NCBI GenBank assembly: GCA_002722245.1
Contig: PBLA01000003.1
Span: 23,190 to 87,189 of the forward strand
Origin: Flavobacteriales bacterium
Lineage (GTDB): Bacteria; Bacteroidota; Bacteroidia; Flavobacteriales_C; GCA-002722245
Reading direction: 5' to 3'
Length of the DNA stretch: 64,000 nt
Shown: positions 10,278 through 19,800 of the stretch, piece by piece
Numbering within the stretch: position 1 is the stretch's first letter
How the letters are laid out: every line of letters begins with the position of its first letter
Made by a program: the position numbers and the translations under genes
Notes under the pieces: generated by a model
Seen by the model: the letters and a program-made list of their open reading frames with translations, nothing else
Database searches by the model: none
Told to the model about the DNA's origin: nothing

Positions 10278-11564
10278 TTATTTTACCATCAAGGGCATTG
10301 AACAGGTTTGATTCATGACCAAAAAATAATTGCCTGGCGTAAGTTGACCTACATCTAATTGTTGTACATTTTCTTTAATCATTAAACGTTGACCATGATT
10401 ATTAAAAATTTCAACCAAATCAAATTCTGTAGTGAAACGAATAATTCCAATGGTAGGATTTGGATAGAAAACATGCTCTGAAAGACTAATTAATGAAGTA
10501 TTTGTGGCTACGTCTTCCACAGTAATTAGTATTTGATCTTCTGTTATTATCACGCCATCTTTCTTACCTCGCACAAGTACAGTATAAATTCCTGCTTCTT
10601 GGGGTGTCCATGGTGCATAAAATAATGAATCACTATTCACTCCAATATTTCTAACCTGAAGTAGTTCTTCTGACAAATCTTCTTTTTTCGTTGAAAATTC
10701 TACTGTTGTTAGGTAATCAAAACTTCCGTCAACGAGCGCTTTCAAACTTTGTTTTTTTCCAGCATTTATGGTGGCGTTATTTGATGGAATCGTGAATGAT
10801 ATCGCCGGTTTTTTCATCCCATAGGCATAGGTTCTCACATAGTCAATTGCCCAAGTAATGGGTTTAGTAGTCTGTTCGTTCCAATTGCCAGGCCATGTTT
10901 GATTGGAAACTTCCATGGTTAATTTCATATACTGTTCTACATCCGAAACTCCTCCCGCAGATGTTCGCCATGTTTCAATATCATCAATATAAAAAATATA
11001 TTCTTCTGGCGTCCACATCATTCCGAATTTATGGTAATTACCATCATACAATCCCCAATCGGTCATTGATTTGCTCGCTTTTTGATGCTCTGCGCCATAA
11101 CCATCCCAATGCAAAGCGTGTTGAATTTTTCCATTCCACCCATTGATTGATTCAAAAATATCCAGTTCGGTTCCATCATTTCCTTGACTTCCTACTTTAT
11201 TGCCATAAGGCATCATCCAAAACGCGGCCCAACCTCCTTTAATTTGAGGGACTTTACACCTTACTTCAAAATATCCGTATTTCTGATTATATCGATTATG
11301 CGTCCTTACTGCACCTGCATATACAGTGCCATTAATTTCAGAAACTTTTAACTTTAAATTCCCCTGACCATCCACCCAGGCATTATCATCATGCCAATAA
11401 CTTTTCCCTTGGCGAAACCAATTTGGACAATGATCCCATTTCGTGTTATCCAGTGTTACGCCGTTGAACTCATCATTCCAGATCATGATTAATGTATCCG
11501 CAACTTGTGCATTTAAAGAAGCCATCATTCCCAAAAAAAGGGTGAAAAATACGCGTTGTTTCAT
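10278..11564 (-). CDS. GH16 glycoside hydrolase with Ig-like domain and T9SS type A CTD
   Basis: WNDEFNG, YGYFEVR, WAAFWMM, catalytic ELDIFE, IDYVRTY; signal peptide; FYPNPT..GNYFL CTD. Confidence 0.9.
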   Translation of the reverse strand: MKQRVFFTLFLGMMASLNAQVADTLIMIWNDEFNGVTLDNTKWDHCPNWFRQGKSYWHDDNAWVDGQGNLKLKVSEINGTVYAGAVRTHNRYNQKYGYFEVRCKVPQIKGGWAAFWMMPYGNKVGSQGNDGTELDIFESINGWNGKIQHALHWDGYGAEHQKASKSMTDWGLYDGNYHKFGMMWTPEEYIFYIDDIETWRTSAGGVSDVEQYMKLTMEVSNQTWPGNWNEQTTKPITWAIDYVRTYAYGMKKPAISFTIPSNNATINAGKKQSLKALVDGSFDYLTTVEFSTKKEDLSEELLQVRNIGVNSDSLFYAPWTPQEAGIYTVLVRGKKDGVIITEDQILITVEDVATNTSLISLSEHVFYPNPTIGIIRFTTEFDLVEIFNNHGQRLMIKENVQQLDVGQLTPGNYFLVMNQTCSMPLMVK

Positions 11565-11717
11565 AAGGTTTTTTCTTGTGAACTAGGGTAAGATGAAATC
11601 AGTCAATTTAGGCGCTACACAAGATAGTGAATTTTTAAAATCCATCCTTGATTTATCCTCATGAAAGAGGCTTCCTATTGTTAGGGGAGTCTTCCAAATA
11701 ATCTCTAATTTAGTCCT

Positions 11718-13334
11718 ATGAAAAATCTGTTTTTCTTTCTTTTCGCTGTTTTTTTCCTTCTCGCTTGCACAGAAAAAAAACAAACCTCTCCATCCGAATC
11801 ACACGTCAATAAAAAGTCTCCAAATATTCTGTTCATCATGACCGATGATCACTCACGACATGCAATTAGTGCATACGGTAGTAAACTCATTAAAACTCCA
11901 AATATTGACGAAATCGCGAAATTCGGTGTTACGTTTACCAACTGTGCAGTGACGAACTCTATTTGTGGACCGAGTAGAGCTGTAGCCTTAACAGGAAAAT
12001 ACAGTCATATCAATGGATTTAAAGACAATCGTTCATCCTTTGATGGGAATCAGCAAACATTTCCTAAACTCTTACAAAAAGCAGGTTATCACACCATGAT
12101 GATTGGAAAATGGCATCTACATTCACCACCACAAGGATTTGATTATTGGAATATTCTAATTGGACAAGGTCAATATTACAAACCGATTATGATTGAAAAT
12201 GGAGATACATCAGAATTGGACGGATATGTCACCGATGTTGTCACGGACATTTCATTAAAGGAATTAAAAAAACGTGATCAAAAAAAACCTTTTTGTTTGA
12301 TGTATCATCAAAAAGCACCACACAGAAACTGGATGCCTAACGTGAAACATTTGAATCTGTATAAAGATGACACCCTACCTATTCCAGACAATTTTTTTGA
12401 TGACTATACTAATCGATCAAAAGCGGCTTTAGAACAGGATTTAAAAGTGAAAGATATGTATATGTCGTTTGATATGAAACTTCATCCTGATTCCTTTTTA
12501 AATGGGAGAGATTCTTTTGTTGATTACTCCGGAACGAAACATCAATACAAAAAAGAAACAGGAACAGGAGGCAGCGAAACGTGGGATCCTGTTTTTAATT
12601 GGAAACATTCCTACGATCGCCTTTCCGCTGAACAAAAGAAAGAATGGGACAAACATTATCAACCTATTTCAGAAGAGTTTTTCACGTCTAGTTATTCCGA
12701 TAAAGAATTAGCCGTGTGGAAATACCAGCGCTACATTAAAGATTATCTGCGATGCATTGTCTCTGTTGATGAAAATATCGGAAGGATGATTGCCTATTTG
12801 AAAAGTACGGGTGAATGGGAAAACACATTGGTGATATACACATCCGATCAAGGATTCTTCTTGGGTGAGCATGGATGGTATGATAAACGTTTCATGTATG
12901 AAGAATCGCTTATCACTCCATTCCTTATGAAAATTCCAAATTCCAATTCATCCTCTACAAATTCCGATTTGGTTATGAATCTTGATTTTGCGCCAACCAT
13001 CCTAGATTATGCGGGTATTGAAATTCCATATGATATGCAAGGAGCTTCACTAAAATCCTCTGTGGAAGGAAATCCCCTTTCTCGACAAGGACAATATTAT
13101 CATTATTATGAATTTCCGCATGGATGGCATAAAGTGAAAAAACACTACGGAGTGAGAACAAAAAATTTTAAACTTATTCACTATTACTCGGACATTGATG
13201 AGTGGGAAATGTTCGACTTGAAAAATGACCCACATGAAATGAATAATCTTTACGGTAAGTTAGCATATGCGGAGAGGCAAGAAGAATTGCATCATCTTTT
13301 AGATTCTTTAAGAGCACATTACAAAGATCAATAA
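11718..13334 (+). CDS. Formylglycine-dependent (S1) sulfatase, lipoprotein; resembles the GlcNAc-6-sulfatase-like subgroup
   Basis: Lipobox LLAC; PNILFIMTDD, NSICGPSRA (CxPxR), GKWHL, YTSDQGFFLGEHG. Confidence 0.92.
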   Translation: MKNLFFFLFAVFFLLACTEKKQTSPSESHVNKKSPNILFIMTDDHSRHAISAYGSKLIKTPNIDEIAKFGVTFTNCAVTNSICGPSRAVALTGKYSHINGFKDNRSSFDGNQQTFPKLLQKAGYHTMMIGKWHLHSPPQGFDYWNILIGQGQYYKPIMIENGDTSELDGYVTDVVTDISLKELKKRDQKKPFCLMYHQKAPHRNWMPNVKHLNLYKDDTLPIPDNFFDDYTNRSKAALEQDLKVKDMYMSFDMKLHPDSFLNGRDSFVDYSGTKHQYKKETGTGGSETWDPVFNWKHSYDRLSAEQKKEWDKHYQPISEEFFTSSYSDKELAVWKYQRYIKDYLRCIVSVDENIGRMIAYLKSTGEWENTLVIYTSDQGFFLGEHGWYDKRFMYEESLITPFLMKIPNSNSSSTNSDLVMNLDFAPTILDYAGIEIPYDMQGASLKSSVEGNPLSRQGQYYHYYEFPHGWHKVKKHYGVRTKNFKLIHYYSDIDEWEMFDLKNDPHEMNNLYGKLAYAERQEELHHLLDSLRAHYKDQ

Positions 13335-13404
13335 ACGATGCTTTGGGCATTGTTTCTACACAAAATGTTTTTCAATTAAATAGTGCCAATCAAGCGAAAC
13401 AATT

Positions 13405-14583
13405 TTGCACTATTTGAATACAAGTAGATTGGTGAAAACTTGTTTCCAATATGGTTCATTCCTTCTTTCATATCTGTTTTTATTTGGATTAAATCTCACA
13501 ATAAAAGCACAATATTCTGTTGCAACCTTTACTGGAACAGGTGATGGATTAAGTTGGATGGACCCTCTGAACTGGGACACTAAAAAGATCCCAAACCCTA
13601 AAAAACAAAGTGTCATAATACCTGCTAACCATTCCGTTTTTTATAATGGTTCCATGAGTTTGGATTTTAGAGACTCTACAAAATTTAAAGTCTTTGGAAA
13701 TGTTGATTTAGGAAATGCACATCTTCATATGAAAGAAAATAGTTTCTTTCTACTTTCACAACATGCAAAATTTATAGGTTATGAAATAAAATTAGGACAA
13801 AATGCACAAGGCAAAATCGAAAACAATACAATTTTTAAGGTAGAGGAAATTGAAACTCGTGACAATGCATCTCTTACCATAAATGCACAATGCGTTACCG
13901 TTACTCGTGAATTGAAAAATATTGAAAATGGATCAATCAATGGAATGGGATGCTTAAATTTTACAGGAATTAATTTCATTAATTCCGGAAAAGGGGGTGT
14001 TTTCAACTGTTTCTCGTCCAATTTTGAGGATTGTAATTTTTTAAAGGTAATTCGCCCAACACTTTCCCATTTCGAAAGTAGAGTGGTCAACAATGCTGTT
14101 CTTCTTCATTGGGTTTCTGATAAAGAACCTATTGGTGGTTATTATGAAATTCTCACCCGATCAAACAACGAAGAATTCGAATCACATAAAATGATTGAAG
14201 GAAAAGGCAATTACGAATATAAAGAGGGCTTCAAGCTTAATTTTAAAGGCGAAATAGCACTCCAACTTCACTATATTGACCCCTATGGAATAACTTCAAC
14301 CTTAATAGACACTTCTATTTCAAATCATTATTCCGAACAAGAAAAAAAACTATCCATTTATCCTAATCCATCCAAGAATGCTATTTCGATTATGAATTTG
14401 AAATTAGATGAAGACTACTTACTAAATATATATTCCCTTGACGGAATCTTGCTTTATAATACCTCTATAAATCTCCAAAAAAACACCCTATCAATTGCAC
14501 AGTTTAAACCAGGAAACTATTTTGTAGAAGTTGTTAATTCAGAGGGAGTTAAAACTGTTCTTCGATTTGTTAAATCAAATTAA
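13405..14583 (+). CDS. T9SS type A CTD-containing secreted protein of unknown function
   Basis: W.DP.NW N-terminal motif, beta-rich body, IYPNPS..IYSLDG..GNYFVEV CTD; start uncertain (TTG 13405 or GTG 13432). Confidence 0.75.
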   Translation: MHYLNTSRLVKTCFQYGSFLLSYLFLFGLNLTIKAQYSVATFTGTGDGLSWMDPLNWDTKKIPNPKKQSVIIPANHSVFYNGSMSLDFRDSTKFKVFGNVDLGNAHLHMKENSFFLLSQHAKFIGYEIKLGQNAQGKIENNTIFKVEEIETRDNASLTINAQCVTVTRELKNIENGSINGMGCLNFTGINFINSGKGGVFNCFSSNFEDCNFLKVIRPTLSHFESRVVNNAVLLHWVSDKEPIGGYYEILTRSNNEEFESHKMIEGKGNYEYKEGFKLNFKGEIALQLHYIDPYGITSTLIDTSISNHYSEQEKKLSIYPNPSKNAISIMNLKLDEDYLLNIYSLDGILLYNTSINLQKNTLSIAQFKPGNYFVEVVNSEGVKTVLRFVKSN

Positions 14584-14652
14584 CATGAGTTAATTTCATA
14601 CTTTTTTGAATAGGTATAATCTGTATAGTTCAGCAAAACGTATATTCGTCTT

Positions 14653-16824
14653 ATGTCAGAAAAAATAAAGCGTAGTCAAGAGTTTGATTTGGCTTTCAAA
14701 TTCATCACACAAACCCAAAAAAACATTTTTTTGACAGGGAAAGCTGGTACCGGTAAAACGACTTTTTTAAAATATCTTAAAGAAAATTCAAATCAGCATA
14801 TTGTTACTGCCGCACCTACGGGAGTTGCTGCTATTCAAGCAGGAGGAGTAACATTGCACTCTCTTTTTCAATTACCATTTGCCCCATATGTACCCACTGA
14901 AGATTCATCAAAAAATACCTTGTCAAAACATCCTTTGCTTTCACAAATTAAGTTGAATGCTCAAAAACGAAAAGTCCTTATTAATATGGATCTTCTTGTG
15001 ATTGATGAAATAAGTATGGTAGCATCAAACACATTAGATGCTATCGATATTATTCTCAAGAGTTTAAGGAAAAATTTTAATTATCCATTCGGTGGTTGTC
15101 AAATCTTATTCATTGGGGATTTAAGACAATTACCTCCTGTGATTAAGAACCTAACGCCTCATATTTTTCAAAAAATTTATCGCTCAGTTTTTTTCTTCGA
15201 TAGCCACGTTTTAATACAGAATCCTCCTGTAATGATCGAATTAAAAAAAATCTACCGACAAAACGATAACATCTTTGTGAATATACTTAATGCAGTGAGA
15301 GAGAATTCATTAACTGTTAAACATCTTGAGCACCTTAATTCTAGACTCCAACCATCGTTCAATAAAACAAATAAGGACGGTTACATTACATTAACTACGC
15401 ACAATGCTCAGGCGGACGAAATAAATACTCTTCAAATTAACCAACTTACAGGAACTAAACATTTATTGAAGGCTTCAATCAAGGGTGATTTTCCTGAATC
15501 AATGTACCCAGCAGAAGAGCAAATGATTTTGAAAAAAGGAGCACAGGTAATGTTTCTAAAGAATGACACAGAAGAAAAAAAATACTTTAATGGTAAAATT
15601 GGGCAGGTAGAGTCATTATCGGATAATGAGATTTTTATTCGATGTGAAAATGAAAATGAACTTATTTCAGTAAAAAAAGAAAGATGGGAAAACGTACATT
15701 ATAAAATAGATGATAAAACACGTAATATTGAACAAGAAACCCTCGGAACATTTATTCAATTCCCACTACGTTTAGCTTGGGCTATAACTATACATAAAAG
15801 TCAGGGGTTAACATTTGACAAGTTAATTGTTGATGCTCAAAAAGCTTTTGCAAATGGTCAAGTATATGTAGCGCTTTCAAGAGTGCGTTCACTAAATGGA
15901 TTGGTACTCACGAGTCCAATTTCACAATCATTTCTAGGTGCAAGCCAAAACCTTCAAAATTGGGAGGTTCAACACAACAAACCTCATCAATTACCTTCTC
16001 TTTTGAAAGCTGCTAAAATTGATGCCATACAGAGAGAATGTATAATGATTTTTGATTGGAATAGGCTGGTAGATAATGTTGTTAAAATAAATGAAAAGGC
16101 TCATTTCAACAAGGATCAACTTAATCCTGATGTACTCCACTGGACACAAAATATCTTAAAAGAGGTTGTAGAAATAAATTACGTTGCTCAAAAGTTTCAG
16201 CAAAATATACATAAGTTAACTTGCTTTAATGAATTCAAAGAAAATCAACGTTTATTTCAACAAAGACTAAAAGATGCTTCTACATATTTTCAACCAAAAA
16301 TTGACTTCATTAAAGCGCTCTTAATAGCGCACCCTATAGCGTGTAAAACCAAAAAATTAGCATCAGAATTTGATGGGCCTTTTGAAGAAATAGCAGAGTT
16401 TATCCATCATATTACTCACCATTTTATATATCTTAAAAAAGGGACTTTTGATTTAGAAAATTTTACAAACAATTGGAAAGTAAATAAGGCCCCTATATTC
16501 ATCATTAAAAAATGTTATGTTGGTAGAAAATCCAAATCACAAACGCTTATTTCAGCGAGTGAGATAGAGCATATTGAGTTGTACCAGCAAATTGCCTTAT
16601 ATAGAAAAGAAAAATCAGAAGAAAAAAATATTCCTATCTATCGAATTTTCTCAAATAAAGCATTAAAAGAGATGTGCAATTTTCTTCCAAAAACAAAGGA
16701 TGCTCTTCTTATGATTAATGGATTCGGAAATAAAAATGTAGAACTTTATGGAGAAAATCTTCTTCATATTATTAATCAATACTGTGAAGAACATCATATC
16801 CAACCTAAGAGTTTATTTGGTTAA
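14653..16824 (+). CDS. PIF1/RecD-like SF1B helicase with C-terminal HRDC domain
   Basis: GKAGTGKTT, APTGVAA, DEISM, GDLRQLPP, WAITIHKSQG, YVALSR; C-terminal YRKEKS..PIYRIFSNKAL..P.T..LL.INGFG HRDC pattern. Confidence 0.9.
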   Translation: MSEKIKRSQEFDLAFKFITQTQKNIFLTGKAGTGKTTFLKYLKENSNQHIVTAAPTGVAAIQAGGVTLHSLFQLPFAPYVPTEDSSKNTLSKHPLLSQIKLNAQKRKVLINMDLLVIDEISMVASNTLDAIDIILKSLRKNFNYPFGGCQILFIGDLRQLPPVIKNLTPHIFQKIYRSVFFFDSHVLIQNPPVMIELKKIYRQNDNIFVNILNAVRENSLTVKHLEHLNSRLQPSFNKTNKDGYITLTTHNAQADEINTLQINQLTGTKHLLKASIKGDFPESMYPAEEQMILKKGAQVMFLKNDTEEKKYFNGKIGQVESLSDNEIFIRCENENELISVKKERWENVHYKIDDKTRNIEQETLGTFIQFPLRLAWAITIHKSQGLTFDKLIVDAQKAFANGQVYVALSRVRSLNGLVLTSPISQSFLGASQNLQNWEVQHNKPHQLPSLLKAAKIDAIQRECIMIFDWNRLVDNVVKINEKAHFNKDQLNPDVLHWTQNILKEVVEINYVAQKFQQNIHKLTCFNEFKENQRLFQQRLKDASTYFQPKIDFIKALLIAHPIACKTKKLASEFDGPFEEIAEFIHHITHHFIYLKKGTFDLENFTNNWKVNKAPIFIIKKCYVGRKSKSQTLISASEIEHIELYQQIALYRKEKSEEKNIPIYRIFSNKALKEMCNFLPKTKDALLMINGFGNKNVELYGENLLHIINQYCEEHHIQPKSLFG

Positions 16825-16833
16825 ATCAATCGA

Positions 16834-19800
16834 TCATCGTACCAATGTTACTGTTCCCATCTTTTGTTTTACATTGAAATATCCATTTTGATCCTCAGCC
16901 TTATACGAAAGTTTCCAAACATAAACATCCAATTGACAAGGTCGTCCTAAATGTGTTCCATCCCATTTTATATCCATATTGGTTGAATGAAAGAGTTGTT
17001 CTCCCCAACGATCAAAAATGTAAAAATTAAAATCGTAAACATTCACCCCTTTTGGGCCAAATTCATCATTGTTTCCATCGCCATTAGGTGTGAAAGCGTT
17101 AGGAACAAATAGAGCGTTTATACATTCTCTTGTCACAACAACCGTATCTGTTGTTTTACAACCAAACTCATTGGTTAAAGTCACACTGTATGTTCCTTCC
17201 TCATCAATTACAATTTCGTTATCCATTTCTCCAGAACTCCAAAGAACTTGCTCTCTCCCATATGAGGACACGGCTAATTCAAGAGTTTCTATTTCATCAA
17301 AACAAACCGCTGTATCAGGTGTTGCTTCTGCAATAGGGGATGGAGAAACATAAACATCAATCGTATCCTTTGAAGCGCATCCTGCGGAATTGGTTCGTGT
17401 TGCAATATAACTACCCGATTGATTTACTATAATATAATCTTGTTCCAATCCAATATTCCACGTTAAAACATCATCCGTTGAATGCTCACCAACTATGGCT
17501 GTATCACCAAAACAAATACTTCTGTTCTCTCCTAATTCTATCTCTGGAACAGGTTTAAAAACCGCTTGTACTCCCAGTGAATCAACACATCCAAATACAT
17601 TGGAAACCAATACTTTATACTCTCCTGAAACACTTACCTCCAAACTGGAATTTGAGCTGCCATCATATGTCCATTCATAGGATCCTGATGGCAATTCAGG
17701 AGACAGGATTAATGTATCTCCTATACAGGCTAATTGGGTTTCATATTCCGTTATTACCGGAGTTGGATGGACAATTAACTCCCCTTGTACTGATCCAACG
17801 CATCCATTTTCATCTACAACAGTTACGGTATATTCTCCTGCTTCAGCGGGTGTAATTTCCTGCGTTGTTTCACCAGAATTCCAAGAATATGATTCATATT
17901 CTCCTGTTTTTAAGAGCGCCTTTTCGCCAGCACATATGGTTGCGTCCTCAACAACTGGTTGTGGATTTGAATAAAATATAATTGAAACGGTATCCTGCCC
18001 TTCACATCCATCATTATTGCTCACGATAACCGAATAGTCATTGGTTTCATTCACAAGGAGTGTAGAGGCATTGGATTGATCACTCCATAAAAATTCATAT
18101 TCTCCCGATTCAAAACCAGAAGCGGTAATTTCGTATGATTCACCTTCGCAAAAATACAAATCGTCACCCAACTGTATATCTAATCCCATTCTATTCGTTA
18201 AAGCTACCGTATCAAAAGCGATACAGCCATTTTCATCTGTTGCCTCCACTGAAATATCTTGGGGTGTTGAAGTAATAAATACTTCACCAGTGGAGCCATC
18301 ATGCCAACGATAAGAAACAAATTCAAATTCGGCTACCGATATAGTAATTTCTTTTCCTTCACAGACCTCAAGGTCATCCCCTAATTCAATACTCAAAGGA
18401 GAATCAACAGTTAAAATTCCTTCATCATACCCTTCACATCCTTTATCATTTGTGACAGTTACAGCATAATTTTTAGATGCAGTGGCCTTTAAAAATCGAT
18501 CATTCGTACCGTCATCCCAGATAACCGATGACCAATTCCCTGCATCCAGCAAAAGCGTATCTCCTTCACATATGCTTCTGGGCAAATCTAACGTGACCAC
18601 TGGCAGTAAATTAACTATTAATTCAACAGTGTCGGTCCCTTTACATCCGTTTTGATCCGTCACCTCCAACCCATAGATTCCAGAATCAGACAAAAGAACA
18701 CTTTCAGTAGTTGCGTTTGTAGTCCATAAAAATGTATTGCCTTGCCCTTGGTACCCTGAACTTAGTTCAATTGAATCCCCATTACAAATTTCTAAATCTG
18801 GCCCCAAATCTACCAGTAATTCATCTCGAACAAATATTCTTGCAGTATCCGAACCCTTACATCCTTTCTCGTCTACTACTTCCACCCAAACGTCCTCTTC
18901 CTTAACACTTGAATAATTCGAGGCAGTAGATGCGTCGTGCCATGTAAAACTGCTGTAAGGCCCTGCTTCAAAATATGCTGAAACACCCGAACATAGTGTT
19001 TGATCCGCACCTAAATTTGGTTGAGGACGCGCATTAACAATTACTTGGATGCTGTCTGTATTCTCACACCCATGAATATTTGTTACAACCGCAGTATAAA
19101 CATCAGCTTCATAAACAAGTATGGTTTGACCTGATTCCATTGTACTCCATACAACCGACGTCCATCCCGAACCAGCGTTAAGTATAATCTCTTCTCCTTC
19201 ACATATTTCCTGATTTGCTCCTAAATTAATATCGGGCACCTCATTTACAATAATTTCAACCGAATCCGAACCTGAGCATCCTGTGAGATCTTCTACTGAC
19301 ACGCTATATATTCCTGTTTCACTTGCAATGATTTCAGAAGTAGTTTCATTATTCGACCAATTAATCGTATAATTTTCGGAAGAATACCCTGCACTTAATT
19401 CAATTGCTTGACCATCACAGATTGCTGTATCAGGAATTAAATTCACTGATAAACTGGAGGCGATTAAGATTTCTGCCGTATCAGAAGCGGTACATCCATT
19501 TTCGTCTATAATATTCACCCATATTACCTCTGCATCAGTTCCTTGGTAAGTAGACAATGAAGATTGATTTTGCCATGAATAGGAAGTAAAACCAGAACCC
19601 GCATCAAAATAAGCTGATGCTCCCTCGCAGATTGTTCGATCTTCACCCAATTCAAGCGAAGGTGATGGAAAAAAATCAAAGAGGACTGTATCGGTTGTTG
19701 AACATAAATTATCATCGGTTACCGACACATAATATGTTCCTGCAACATTCAATTCCAACTCCTCATTTGAACTAAAATCATTCCATTGAATTGATTGCCA

